64,000 nucleotides of DNA from Octopus vulgaris (Eukaryota): assembly GCA_951406725.2 (NCBI GenBank), contig OX597823.1, forward strand, positions 72,540,001-72,604,000, in the 5' to 3' direction. Below the pieces are notes generated by a model, which saw only the letters and a program-made list of their open reading frames with translations, had not been told where the DNA came from and did no database searches. Each line of letters begins with the position of its first letter. The first letter of the stretch is position 1. Shown in pieces: positions 26,044-41,366 of the stretch. The position numbers were made by a program, and so were the translations under genes.

Positions 26044-26453
26044 ACATTAATAATGATAAGGAGTACAGAGATTTTTCCTATCCATAATCCACTTAACAGT
26101 TAGTTGCGGCATATATTTCGAAACGGTCTAAGGTCAATGATTCTGATGAAACTGCACCGAGATGCTAGGCCGCATATCCAACAGTGTGTAGTTACTGAAG
26201 TTGAAACACGTGTAGGTACGGAAATATGCTGTAAATTATTGTTAAAGAAACCTTATTAATGTTATTAATTACTCAACGGATAATATGCAGTCTTGAACGG
26301 GACTCATGTAATTAACCAGCGAGAAAAGTTAGCAGGGCCTTACAACTCATTTTTAGCGCGAGCACCATATACGGACCGTTGTGGTTAGTCGATATCTGAA
26401 ACCGACTTGAGAGGAAATATGGTAACTTCCAGGATAATATATCCCTTTATGGT

Positions 26454-26493
<40 letters not shown>

Positions 26494-26494
26494 G

Positions 26495-26582
<88 letters not shown>

Positions 26583-27256
26583 TATTAGAGACAAACCCAC
26601 TATTTATTTCCTAATATTTATTATTTATATATATATATATATAATATACATACATGAATAAACATATTACTATCATATCCAAACACAGCTTACGAGATAA
26701 AAGTGACACACCAAAATGAATATATAAATAAATACAGAAATAAATATAAGCGAAAATGAAATAAAAACATGAAAGCAGGCATTCCAAAGTTCTGTTCTCC
26801 TGCTTCCAATTCATCTAATGATAGTATTTATAGATATTTCTACTAAGAACCTTATATACGCTGGAGCTTATTGATGCATGCTAGATTGTATTTGTACGGG
26901 AATTTCTTATCGATATACATACACACATACATATATGCTTACACACTGACGTACATACACACAGAGGAAAACGCACAGACACATGTATATGTATGTATAT
27001 ATCATACACTTTCGCCTGGAATTTTGTGCCGTTTCTGGGCAACACACTAATCTCTTATAGTCTCAGACAGCCAGACGCCAATAATGCCGATCAGTTTTCC
27101 TGCAGAATCCGCTCTTTTCCTTATATCCTTAATATTATATTATTGTATTCCTTGTTTTATATATCCCAACATGTACTTTAAGTATTTTTTCCAAAGAATA
27201 AGCATGTACACTCATACACACACACACACATATATGTATGCATATACATGTATATG

Positions 27257-27296
<40 letters not shown>

Positions 27297-27297
27297 T

Positions 27298-27408
27298 TGG
27301 CCTGCTCGCTTAGCCAGCGGGGTGGCGTCATTCAAAGGCTAAAACAATGCGATCGCATTGTGACCAGCGATGTATAACAACATCTGATGGTCTGGTCGGT
27401 CACGTGAT

Positions 27409-27416
<8 letters not shown>
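27298..27416 (+). mobile_element. Short interspersed-repeat 3' fragment within (TA)n
   Basis: GC-rich island ending GGTCACGTGATCACGTGA between TA arrays. It resembles an octopus SINE tail (from memory, unverified). Confidence 0.45.
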
Positions 27417-27464
<48 letters not shown>

Positions 27465-30400
27465 TTGTGTGTGTGTATACATTCTTTCATATATGTTTAC
27501 CTAGTATATTGGTATATGTATATGTAAATACACATGTTTGCGCGTGTATTATTTCTCTATTCCGTTATAGTATAGCACTTTGCTCCTACTTGAACTTACT
27601 TCTCTGTCTTTCATTCTTTTCTTGCGTATATAAGCATGTTATAAGTCCCAGTTTGCACAGTCATTGCAACGGGACGCCTGAGGTAAATATTCAGATGACT
27701 TAATCACCACTTAGTTATATGCATGATTATAGCTCAGCAATTATGCAAAATCTACCTCAAGTTCTGCGCTTAATGATATGGCGAACAATAATTAATGAAA
27801 TAACATTAAGTGTCCGCACAAAGTACCAAATCTCATGTTGGTAACATTTAAGATTAAGACTATATCGATATCCAATCCAAGAATTTAAACCTCCCAATAC
27901 GCACACACACATACACAGATACAGACAGACACACACACACACACACACACAGATATATATGTCAGTAAATATGCTTGATATTATATGAATATCTACCAAT
28001 GTTCCATATAAACACCTCATCTATTGGATGTCCCTATATTGCTGTTTACATGTTTAGTAGAGGAAAATGGACATAGCTTCCATATCAACTATCAGCAGTG
28101 AAAAATGTAAACTTTTCAACATGATTATATGAACCATGCCATGATTCAAAAGAAACCCGGAGAGATTTGGAATGAGAAATTTGTCAGAATTTTCACGAAG
28201 ATGGAGGGAAAAAATAAACTTCAGCAGAAAACATACGATTAATAAAATAACGAAATATAATGAAAATTAGCAATTCTTTTGTTTGATGACAGTCAGTAGA
28301 AAACATTTCTAAAATGGATTTGAATTTGAAGAATGGCAGATTTAATTCTTTTGATAAAAAAATTAAAATTGGAGATATTTCTTGTATTCTAAACATTATA
28401 CGTATGTATTTCTCAACTCTACTAATAGTTTTATTCATCATGCAGCAAATGTTTTTCAGCAAAAGTAGCAATTCACTGATGCAAAATATAACTACTTGAA
28501 ATAAAAGTAAACCAAATTGTAAACAGCAAAAAATATTTAATAATTGGATTCAGCATGATTAGAAATCATTATCCTTCTAGTGGGATAATGTGAAAATGAA
28601 TTTTACATGGGCGTTTGTGTGTAGTGCCAGAATATGTTAATAGGAATGCGCGCTCCCCACGGATATACACATAAATGCATATACAGTTATATACAAATAC
28701 ATATGTATGTATATGCATATATACATATAGATCTGCATGCCTGTATGTGTATATTTGCATACATGCATGCACACACACACACACACACACACAAATAAAC
28801 AAACAAACAAATGAACGCAAACACATATTTAAACGTACAGGCACACCTTTTGAAACAAACTTCGTTCATGATTTATTGTTAAACCTGTTAACCAAAATTA
28901 GGTTTTGAGGAAGCTACTATATTATTATTTTTTTTATTAAATACTATTTTCTGAATTCATATATTTCTGTTATTAAGAATCATAAATCACTATTTTTACG
29001 CTATTTCTTAATACTTTGAAAAACCTTACATACTGCTAAGTTTCTGGAGTTTAAAAATCAATAACGTGTTTTTCCTCAAAATTCGAGCAAATATTTTTCG
29101 TGTACAATCTGATTGGCAAATAAATAAATGAGACTTTAACTCTGATATATAAGCTTTATAACGTTGCTAACATTTTCTGAATCATATTTTAGTGAAGATG
29201 CCCATGTACACATGCAAGAGTTATAAATGATCAAGTTTTTCCTTGTAAGTACCTTTGAGGAAGACGTGTTTCCGGACACTAGAAACCGATACAAGTTATG
29301 TTTTCTTCATCACCATCTCCTTGACTTAAAAAAAAATACGCCTTTGTTTTTGTCAAATGAAGCCAATATTTTTGTAATTATGTTTCATTACTTCTGACAC
29401 ATGGTAATAGTTTCTTCTATGTTTAATGAAATATACCAACTGTTATGAGAAAAAATATTTTCCAATGAATATGCGATAAATCGATTATATCACTAAAGAA
29501 AACACGAAATACAATACATGTACCACCGAAATTAACTTCACGCCCATAACTTTTACTGACAGTAAATAAATTCAAATTTGCGTTGGGTTTAGTATTAGGA
29601 AAACAAGAACATATTTTGTAATCAGTTTTTCTGGTTTTCAAGACATTTTGAGTGGAACATATTTCTACGCATAGGGATTTACTATTAATTAGAAACTTAT
29701 AATTTAGCCAGATATGGCTAAATCATATGACTCTCTTCTTGTTTGAAACGCACTCCACAGAGCAACGTAAGTAACTAAGCATCCCTGAATTACTTATATA
29801 CACTGGTGTCTATCTTTCAGACGTGTTTTGAAATATTCGCAAATTCAATGATAATCTTTTGGTAAAAGATGACTACTAAATATAGCGATATGAAATGTTT
29901 ATAAATGCAATGAAGTACTCTCAGTTTGTTTTAGACACGTGATATTGATAAGTCATAAAAATAGCGAAATATCGATGTCTGTCCCTCCTTAATGAGATTT
30001 GGAGCGAGTTGTCTCGCCTGTCTCAGACTGTTTTAGCACCCTGTGGTTTCAGGGAGGTATCCTTCTCGCGCTAAGTCGCAACCTACCGGTGCACAAGCAA
30101 AGCACATACATTTGAGCATTGAGTATTTGTAGTCGAATATACATGTATATGCGCGTGTGGGTGTGTGCGTGTGTGTGTGCGTGTGTTTGTGTGCCTGAGT
30201 GGGTGTGGGTACGTACATATGATTGTCTGTGTATAAGTTGTGCGTGCTTTGTTGTTATATGTTTGCCTATATATATTGTAAAATATAGAGGGAATAAAAA
30301 ACAATTCGAGGCATGATGTTTCTTCTATCTGTTATATAATATTATATATTGAGAAAACCATAATCGTGTATTGTTAGTGTATCTTTAGGATATCAGTATC

Positions 30401-32569
30401 TAAAATAAGTAGTTTATCTTCAGTCCTAATTTATCAAATTATTTTGTCTAAATTGGAACGTGGCGTACGATATAATATCCCAACTTAAAAGTCATTAATA
30501 TTCATTTATTAAACTCTAAGATGTTATAGATGTTAAGATCTCAAACTGTGCAAGCGACGGAACTTTTTCTTAACATGTAAAATATAACATTTGGTGAACG
30601 GTATATACTGCAGTATATTTCCGCTTAAGGTCTAACATAGAGGCTCATCAAAGAGGAATTTAAATTTTACAAATAATACATTAATTTTAATCTTGTTCTC
30701 CTTTGGAATTTGTGCTGCTGCACTAATTTAGTCACATAATGTAACCATAAGATCTACACAGAAAAGAAACCTAATTATTAAATACTGCTTATTGAATTAC
30801 GATTTCCAGCATTACATCCAAAACATGTTTTTGATAAGCTTCTGAGACATGAAGTGATATTTATTTAATTAGTTTCTGTTAATTTATCCACTTAATATTT
30901 CTAGAAAATGTATATTCAGAGACGTAAAAGGGAAAATAATTGGGTCTCTCAGTTTAGCCCGATTCCGAAATTCCTATATTAATTGCACATCATAACCACA
31001 GCCGATACTAAGCATCGTTTAATGCAAGAACGTCTGATAAAATATATTTTTATTCTATACCATGCATATTTTTGTACAATCGATAGTAAATCCTATAACA
31101 TTACAAAGCTGCTGTTGGAATCCCTCAAAAATTAAATTATTGTATGTAATCAAGACATCCGTAACGTAAATATAGTTAAATAATTGTTAACATAGTTAAG
31201 GTAATGAGCAAAAATAATAGTAGTCCAGTGAGTAATATATTAAACATTACGGTAAACATCGGAGAAAACTCTAGATCTGTTTCGGTTTTACTGAAGCATG
31301 GTTTCTTTGTGGTAATTCATAATTGTCATCGCTAACTTAACCTTTCTACTTGATATTTCAATTGATAGTGAATTCACCCATTGTCACCTTATTCTTCTGA
31401 GGCTTATAAAAGAGAAACAAAATGGCTATTCTGATTTTCTATCCTCATTTCGTGTATATGAAAATCTAGCAATTAAGAATACTCCAAATCACTGGTAATG
31501 TTCTAGATTTGACGTTATCCACTTTTCATATATTTTTCATCATGCTTACTCATCTTTTTGCCAAATTAATCTAATATATTGATGGCAAGTGTGTGACTTA
31601 ATACGCTTAAATAATACTCCCTAACATCTGTATTATTAATGTTTCCATAAATGCATCAAACAATATTATAATACATCTCTAAGCAAATCGGAATCTGATT
31701 CTGCTTACTTGTATATAATTTACTTTCATAATTAATTATAAAATTTACGGAAATAATTTATTTGAATGATAATATAGGACAGGCGCTGAAGCATCGATTA
31801 TATTGCTCTGCTTAAAACTGTGGATTCTCAGTCGGTTTCAGCGATGATTATTAGGATATCTGATCAACTGAGCAAACAAGACGTTAAAGTAGCGTGGAAG
31901 AGGCTGGGCATTCCGTAAACAGGTATACTTTTAACCTATCAGTCAAACCGAATCAAAATGGGACATTGCGTGACAAGTTTACAGACCTTTCAAATTACAG
32001 GTCTAATTCAAACAAAATTCTACAATTTCTGACAAGACAATTTCATTCGAAATATTTCGAATTACACGAGGTTCTGATAAAAGTCGATTACATTTGATGC
32101 TATGTTGTGCGATTGGACTATTGAATTGGTGAATGCACTTAAAATATTGGAAAGAAACTACATAGTTTTAAATTACTACTAAAGTTTCTTGATATAGTTA
32201 TATATACAAATAAGCAAAGAGACACAAAGAAATACTTATTTAGAAATATAAATAGATATATAGATAGAAATTCAGAGAGACAGGCATAGATATAGTTAAA
32301 CAAAAAGAGATAGAAAGTCACCTGGACGTTGATAGCCTTCCAAACTTATATGTTTAAAAAATATTATAAAGGTATAGAAACAAATATAGAGTTATTACAA
32401 ACAGATATTTAAGGTCCCATCAGATAGGGCGATAGAAGATGGCAAATTAAACACAAATCCATAGTGAACTGATATATGTAAACATATTGCATACATACAG
32501 AGAAATTGAATCCGTAGATAAACAGATGTAGAACGTAATGAGGACTTCATTGTGTTATTGTTTATCTTC

Positions 32570-32735
32570 ACCTTGTTTCAGTCATTGGATTGTGTTTATG
32601 CTGGAGCATCGCTTTGAAGGTTTTAGTGGAAGCGGTAACTATTAGTAGTTATTTCTTTTAGCTTGGTACTTAGTCTATAGATGTCTCTGGCGAATCACGA
32701 AGCTGCTACGACGGAAAGCGCCAGCATCGGTTAAG
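32570..32735. mobile_element. SINE-like repeat family 3 fragment (related copies 57690-57840 and 21487-21525)
   Basis: Shared ttgtttcagtcatt...atgctggagca...gtactta.tctat motif across three loci in the window. Confidence 0.6.
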
Positions 32736-33137
32736 CTGTACATACTTGAAGTGTTAGGGAAAGTATCAACACATACCAGAAACTATTTCTTAGAGTCTGT
32801 AAGTGAGTATAACGCTATCTGGTAAACGTTGCTCCTAACGAAATACGTGATTGTTAATATGTTAAACAATTTCAACAAATGAAGGCCAAATAACTAGATA
32901 TCACCTCTGAAAGAGATCGCTGGTCAATTGAAAACAAATCTTAATGTATAAGGATACATACTAACGTAGAAACACGCACACACACACATGCACCAGACAC
33001 GAACCAAATATGGTGGAGTATGAGTGTTCTTCAACGTTTTTTGTTTACAACCCAGGATAATGAAAATTATACCCATACGATTAGTTTGGAAAACAAGAGA
33101 GGTACATATGTCTGTGTATATATGTATATGTACAAGT

Positions 33138-33194
33138 GTATCTATCTATCTATCTATCTATCTATCTGTCTATCTATCTATCTATCTATCTATC

Positions 33195-33229
<35 letters not shown>

Positions 33230-33245
33230 ACCATCTATCTATCTA

Positions 33246-33335
<90 letters not shown>

Positions 33336-33340
33336 TATTA
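33138..33340. repeat. (ATCT)n-(TA)n compound microsatellite
   Basis: Directly visible. Confidence 0.95.
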
Positions 33341-34518
33341 TGAATTCAAACAAATGGAGGAATAGGTAAATTGAAGTCGAAAATTCACAGGGTAAATAAG
33401 AGAATTAATTAGAATCTGCTTACATTTTATAATATTAAAGTACACTTTACTGAGTTCACATTAAAGTTAACAATTAAAAAAAAAGAGGGAAATGAATAAA
33501 CATAATGATATTTGTTTACATAAAAGTGTCATTAATAATTATCGTTTATTAATATTTCGAAGAACTAAGGTTCAACATAGCGGTAGATGTAATCGACTAG
33601 TTCCCTTCCCCCAAATTCCAGGCTTTGTCCCTATAGTAAAAAAGATATTTCAATCGAAGAATTATGTTGTTAATGAATGCTAGTACCTCACCACCAACAC
33701 ATTGAACATGTTTAAAAATATCCCTTGTTTTTTTTTTAACAAATTGTGTAGTAAGATAACAAGGTGTGGAGTAAATAAAGAAGAAGATAGATGCTACACG
33801 AATTGTGATTTCAAGAACAACCCCAAACAGGTATTCTACAATATTGTAATTTATAGGAAAATGAGAATCGTGTAGTACTGATGATTGTTATAGCCTTTTT
33901 AGCAGTGCAGCGTCTTGTAATTTCTATGATGAACGAACTCTCCATATTAATTCTTGTTTGGTCAAGATTATTGATTCCCATAGAGTGGGAAGGCAGGGAT
34001 TTGGGAAATTTAGTTTTACCGGATCTGTACACATGGTCACACATTAGAATTTATCTTGTTTCGCGATCAAATATTTGTTGACAGTGAATATTTACTCGCA
34101 CTCTTAAAGTGAGTTTAGTTTTCCCAATGCAGTCCATTGAATATGATGGTATGAATTAACAGCATTATATTTGGATGCAATAATAAACAATAATTATATG
34201 TAACACCTTTATGTAAAAAAGCATTATCACTTATTCATATCTCGCCTTTCAAACTGACATATGGTATATTCAACCGAGGAAAAAAAATATGCGACAATTT
34301 CCTGCGATTGCCACGTCAACCAATCAAGTTGTACATTAACGGATAGCATCTATTCTTATAACAACGGCTGAAATTGATATAATCCGTGACACAACTACAT
34401 CCACGTACTATACACCTTTGAAAATTTAATGTGAAACCGGTAAAGTGTTTTCTTGTATTTTCAAATAAAATTAACTCTTGTGATTAATTCTAATATATTT
34501 TCATTGCTTTTTGCAGTT

Positions 34519-34583
<65 letters not shown>

Positions 34584-34584
<1 letters not shown>

Positions 34585-34904
34585 AAGCCGCGTGGCTTAG
34601 TGATTACGGCATTCGGCTCACGATTGTAAGGTCGACAGTTCAATTCCCGGCGACGCGTTGTGTCCTTGAGCAAGACACTTTATTTCAAATTGGTTCAGTC
34701 CACTCAGCTGGCAAAAATGAGTTGTACCTGTATTTCAAAGGGCCAGTCGTGCCACACTCAGTGTCACGCTGAATCTCCCTAAGAACTATGTTAGGGGTAT
34801 ACGTGTCTGTGAATTGCTCAGTCACTTGCATTTTAATTTCACGAGCAAGCCGTTCCAGTTATCGTATCAGCTGGAACCCTCGTCGTCGTAACCGACGCAG
34901 TGCC
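34584..34904 (+). mobile_element. tRNA-derived SINE, family 2
   Basis: Head and CORE-like segment shared with 6037-6281 (CGTGGCTTAGTG...GGCGACGCGTTGTGT.CTTGAGCAA...CTCAGCTGGCA), with a different 3' part. Confidence 0.8.
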
Positions 34905-36675
34905 CCCCCCCCCCATACATATATATATATACATATATATATATATACAGAGAGAGAGAGAGATAGAGAGAGAGAGAAAGAGAGAGAGCAAGAGAGAATT
35001 GGGAACTCAATATGAGTGCACATAATATCAATCGTCTATGTTAAAAAGTGTATGAATTTACGATTACGTTGCGTGATTGCATTTGTAAAACTGATACAGT
35101 ATGTATCCATCTACGCATGTGTAGTAACCAAAATAGTATTTCAATGAATATATTAATTAGCATATATTCTGGAGAGAGAAGTCTTTGATCTGAACACTAT
35201 TTAGTGATAAGAGAAAATATTCAAATATCTGACGTCAAACACTTGCTTGTGATACCTCTAAAGACTGTCAGATTAAATTGTTCTGATGAAAAAAGTGATA
35301 GCGTTCTCGGAATATACAATTCCCTTATGATACATCACTTAAATTAACTGATCAGCGATACATCTCCAGAATTGCATCAGAAAACATTCAAAATGCTTAT
35401 AAATTACAATCAAACTTTCATGAATAACTTAAAGCAAGAAATAGGAACAACTCATCGACAAATTTCAATGCATTTAAGGTAATATGGCATTGTATATTAA
35501 AGTGGCCTAAAATTATTATAGTAATGGAGATTGGCTGCATTGTTTCAAAATGTGGAAATGTTACAAACATTACGGTACTGGTATTTAGTCCCGACTTCTG
35601 AAGTTCCTAGCTCACATTTTGCCGTGATCAGTTTCATTTTTTACTCTACTGGAGTATTTGCTACTGATTCAGTCATGCGTTTCTTCCGCTTCCTAAAATT
35701 CCGATCTCCTACGTATGTTTTAAACTAATATTTATCAATGATATAAGCAATAGTGTCGAACTGAATGAAGCCTAGTATTACTCGTTTCAAAACTAAAGTC
35801 TGCTCTGACTTTATTGCCTTTGAAAGGAGGGTAGAGAATGTGTCTGACACTTTACACGGCTCTTGAGAAAGGGAGTAATTCATCCTCATAAACGAAATCC
35901 CTGTCCCAATGCTTCCGGCGAATGCGGCGGAGCTAAATTCTTACCAAACGCAAAGTATACATGACCAAACCGTATTTTGTTCAATATTATTTACCTGGGT
36001 GTAGAATAACCATTGTATTGAAGTCTTCCTTAAAAGAAACAGAAATTCGGAGGAAATTTTAAAGATATTTATAAAAAGGTTAAGTGAGTACAGAGAGGGA
36101 TTCTTGTGGTGATGGATCCATTTTATTCCAATTGTTTGTTCACAACTGTGGTTGATTGTGAAATGAATGTGATGGTCGTTACTTCATTCTTAGGTTCATT
36201 AATTCATATATCTAAATATTTTATCGTTTCAACGGTTCAATAAACCATCTATTAAGAAAATAAAATTTAAATCAATTTTTATAATTGAAGCCGAAGAAAG
36301 GTAAAAAAAAAATGAATGATTCAAATAACGTACAGTGCTTCATAGTGATTTTTGAAATTGTGAATTGCGAATATAATGATGCTCAAACAGTTAACGAAAC
36401 ACTAATTATTAATATTTAATGAAGCGGTTTCGCAGCGTGCGTTGTATCATAGGTTGAAGTACCTAGCAATAAATGTTTCTCATATTTGCACGGAATGGTA
36501 ACAAAAGATACTAGGAAAGATCTCTTCTCTAATACAGAAACAGTGTCTATTAGATGCATAACATACACGTACAAGTAGGTTTATGACATAAACCGATCTG
36601 CACTTGCATAAACTAACTTGGTACGTGTTTTACTACGAATATATTACTTTGCGAAGTAATGGTACTTTATATAAT

Positions 36676-37076
36676 CCTTTCTAATATAGGCACAAAACCT
36701 GAAATTTTTGGACAGGTGGTCAGTCGATTACATCGACCCCAGTAAACAACTGGTACTTAATTTATCAACCCCGAAAGGAAGAAAGGCAAAGTCGACTACG
36801 GCGGAATTTGAACTCAGAACGTAAAGACAGATGAAACACCTATTTCTTTACTACCCACAAGGGGCTAAACACAGAGGATATAAATAAGGACACACAAAGG
36901 GATTAAGTTTATTACATCGATCCCAGTGCGTAACTGGTACTTTATTTATCGACTCCGAAAGGATGAAAGGCAAGATCGACCTCGATCTTTGAATTTGAAC
37001 TCAGAACGTAGCAGCAGACGAAATACCGCTAAGCATTTCACCTGGCGTGCTAACGTTTCTGCCAGATCGCAGCCTT
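36676..37076 (-). mobile_element. SINE family 1 dimer with TSD
   Basis: Same dimer structure; TSD actttatataat at 36664-36675 and 37081-37092. Confidence 0.9.
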
Positions 37077-37112
37077 TTGAACTTTATATAATGATATTTT
37101 ATATTGCTTTAG

Positions 37113-37180
<68 letters not shown>

Positions 37181-39669
37181 TATATAGAGAGAGATATGTG
37201 TATTTGTATATGTCTCTGTGTACCAGTATACATATATGTGTAAATGTGTATATATATATGTGTGTGAGCGTGTCTGTTTGCGCGCGTGCCTGTGTGTGTG
37301 TGCATATATATCTATATAAATGTATATACTTCATATGTATGTACCTAGGTATATAAGCTTCTCAAGCACATGGTCGTTGGTTCAATCCCACTGCGTAGCA
37401 CGTTGGATAATAGACTCGATTTCAAAACTTCTATTAAAGGAAAGTAATTATATCGTGGAAGAATACGCGAAATACAATATAATTCTAACGAAAATTGAAT
37501 TTGCTGTGAAATTTATTTCCCAGAAGTGTACCTGTTTTCTTTGATAGTTCCAAAGAAATGCTATTAAAGCTTAATTTCTCTCTCCAGCTAAGACGAACAT
37601 TTGAATTTATTTAGAAAACATATGTGCATTCATAGTCTTCCTACATGAATGATATAAATTCAATCCATTGGCTTGTATATGTATATTTATACATATAAAG
37701 GCTCTTACATATACATATATGCATATAATCCTGCTATGTCCTTTCGGATATGCTTATTCATTTTGTGTGGTAAGAGAAACTGATTGTTCTATTTTCAAAT
37801 ATACTTGCGAATTCCGAGTCCACAATGTAAAAATATGTATGTGTGACAACCGATTGAAGTGAAATAACCAGTTAAGGATTTGAATCGTTCAGCCGCTACC
37901 AATACCCATGAATCATTGTCAAAACAGAATAAAATATTTCGTGTCTCTCTTTCCTGTACTGCCATATGTCCGAGCTCGAGAATTTGCCGTTGGGTTTTCT
38001 CTGTCCTTGTCTAATAGTTGTCCTTCAGTTTCCTGTTGATCACTACGCTACCTCAATACACGCGCTGTCATGAAACTTGTAAATGTTTCTTTCTAGAGGC
38101 CTTCGTAGAAACATCTCAACACATCCTTCTCCTGAAAACTGTCGCTACGTCCATCTATATAATTTTAATTATACTCTGTAGATCCACTGTTCTCATGAGT
38201 CTTCTTAGTATCATATTATAGCACAAAATGCTGCCTCTAATTACCATGCCATACAATCAAAATACGAAATAGAGCTTCATGTCACACGAAATCTGAAACA
38301 AACACTCTCTAGATTTTTCCTGTAATCTAGTCCCGAATCAACTTCTATTCAGTTCGATTTCTAAAACTAACATCAGTTTCTGGTTATGTTTTTAAAACTA
38401 AATATGAAATTGTTCTACGTGGAAATAAATTTCCCTTAATTGAAAACAAGTGGACATGTTAATCATCTTGATGGATGATTGTAAAGTGTTAATCATGCTT
38501 TGCAATGTTCTTTGCATTTCTCTTCAAGCATTTATCTACTAGCTAGAATAAAGTAGCCTTGTTTTTTCAATTTTATTTGCATACAATTAATATTAGGTAA
38601 ATATACATTCAGCTATTTTAGTGAATCTATTTAGTGATGTGATAATAATTCTGATGTTTCTTATGAAAATAATCGTATTATTTTGGTTAAGAAAACCCCA
38701 TTAATTATTCTTATTGCCTTTCACTTTTACTTATAACTCTAAGAGTAATGTAATATCATGAAATAAAACGTATTCTTAATAGTATAATGGACATTATGTA
38801 TTCTGTAAAATGTAATACTTTTAAATATATCCTTAGTTCTCAACAAAGCCGACGAATCCTTGTTTTATACCTTGGAAATCAATAAATTATTTATCGACTC
38901 AGCTTTAAGCATAATAGGAATATAATTATCACATATGAAACAAAAGAGATAGTAACATATATTCTTTAATCTGCGTATATGTTATACAATTGTCATTTTA
39001 CTCTGATATGAGAAATTTACGAGGCTTTCATGGATGCGCCTGCTAAATACTGCAACTGACGCTTTGACAATATGGTGTATAACTGACACACAAAAGGCCC
39101 TGTCTTTACAACGGAAACTAAATGACGAATAAAGACAAATAGCTTTTCTTCAGCGCAAGAAATGGTGAAATGAATACTGAATGAAAATACGGACGCCTGC
39201 ACATAACTCTACATTACTTTTGCTACAATTACATTATCATGAGAGCAGAAGAGTGAGAGATGTTATAGTATGTGGTTTCTGGAAGTAGATTTCTTCCAGA
39301 CAGAAATCTGATTTGCTTTTGCAAAAATCAATAATCTAAGAAAACAGATTTTTGTGCAAATCCTCCTCAGACTTCTGTGACAATGTCAATAAACAATACT
39401 ATCATTGAAGAAAGATAGAATTGCGCTGCTCTGTAAATCCACTTCGCGCTGATCACTAGGCCTACATAACTTTCTGATCTTTTATTATTTCAGATTTGAT
39501 ATGTATTAAAATACTCTCTGATATTCAGCATAAATTAAAATATGTATGTGGGACTGTTCTTTTTTTCCTGTTCAGACATATGAATCATACAATAACCAGA
39601 CATACCAAGAAATTTTGCCCCATCCCACTTTTCTACACTTGAAGAAAATACAGCTAGAATCTTACCACA

Positions 39670-40250
39670 AGGGGCGTTACGTCCGGTTGTCTGTTCCCTC
39701 TTCACGATCAAACGATATTTTTCGGGATTGCGAAGAAGATAATCGGGAAGGTTTTCAGCGAAGATGTCAAAATGTATGATTATTTAGTGGATATTGAGTT
39801 TTGTATTAATAAATCACTATTGATTTTTTTTTGTGAAAATTCCGGGACGTGGATTGACTCTGGATTTCCTCCCCGTCTAGTTCATGAATTTAGAGGGTTT
39901 GGATTTGCGATACTATTCCTTTATTTCCCATCATAGATGGGCAGATTTGCTATCTCAGTATGATGGGCGTTATTTCCGACAATCCTGTCTTTGTCAGTTC
40001 TATCTTCACGGCTAGACGGCTGGACCAATGGTAACGATATTTTTCGGGATTACAAAGACGGTGTCAGAAAGAGTGTTAGCATTAAAAAATTAGAAAGTAT
40101 AATTATTTCGTGGATATCAATTTTTGAATTAATAAACCACTTTCGTTTTTTATTATATATTCACCGACCACAAGTTACTCTGGATTTTCATCGTACAGTT
40201 CGTGGCCCCATCATAAATAAGAAGAGTGTCGCGAGGGCGGTTAATAGCGA
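39670..40250. repeat. Diverged tandem duplication (~290 bp period), possibly non-autonomous Helitron-like
   Basis: Two copies share gggcgtta, cttcacg, aacgatatttttcgggatt, attattt.gtggatat, ttaataaa.cact and actctggattt. Confidence 0.5.
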
Positions 40251-41366
40251 AAATAAAATGGAAAAAGTGCGTGTCACTATATAACGTGTGTGATCATTTA
40301 ATGATTATTGAAATGTGTCAGACTCGAGCAGCATTTGAAGTGGCTAAACACAGCGGCTGTTGTTTACATCTTAGTTTTGTCAATGAAAATAATCTATGGT
40401 ACCAGAACAGCCAAACATTATTCGTATAGAATAGTGAGAAGTGTCTAGGTTTGGTTTTTTGCACCCCTAAATATTCCGCTAACACATTCACAGCAACTAA
40501 GGCACAAGATCAGATTTTAGATCGTGTAGATGTATTTTTACCCACTCCGATGTTTATGCACAGTTATACGTTGCTATGAGTAGAACAACGGGCTCAAGTA
40601 ACTTGGAAATTAGTGTTGACCAAACAGAAAATATCATCTACAAAGATGTTTTGTGATCATAGTGATACTATCGAAAGGAATATGATTCATAATTTAAATA
40701 AAGATATTTGTGAGCTTTGAAAGTATAAACAAGCGTAAAATAATGTAAACAACTAAAATAAAAGTATATCTCAATAACATTTTTTCTTAATACTTTTTAT
40801 GTAGTGGTCGAAGGGAGCTCTGGCTTTCGTTAGGAGTGTTTCACATAACCAATCATGAAACATAGGCTGAGAACCTATTTCACTTCGGACGTGAATCGTC
40901 ATTACATGCCAGTCCCAATCATATGTCATATAGCTGCAAGAAAATGCTGTATCACCAACCATAATGCGATTTATCTAAGAGATCACCTAGTAATCTATCA
41001 AAGTCCATTTATACATTTCTCAATACATACTGCTGTTATGATTTCCCTCCCTCATTTCATGCCTCCATCGTAGATGGTTAGATCTTGCCAGTACTTATAA
41101 GTGTTACAAATACTATAGCTCTCTGTACTAAAGATTTCACCTAGTAAATGAAAACACTCGTTAAAGTAAAGACTACTTCAAAAAAAGTTCTCTCACTTTA
41201 GTGTCAGGTAATATTTTGTTCTCCATTAAATCCGCAATAAAGGGCGTTTTAGCACATCTGGGACAGCCTTTTTTTTTTTGTTTGTATCTCATCCAGTGAA
41301 AATTCACCAATTAGATTGGCAAGACGTCAATGATTAATGCATCCATATTTCTGCCTGTGAGATATA

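Noticed and set aside
26150-26176. LHRDARPH reading resembling mariner HDNARPH
   Set aside because: No flanking transposase similarity or TIRs. The segment is better explained by the RNA-structure element.
28070-28560. Possible additional exon or gene remnant (also 35520-35720 and 50000-51800)
   Set aside because: No sustained ORF, recognisable domain or paired splice signals could be established by eye.
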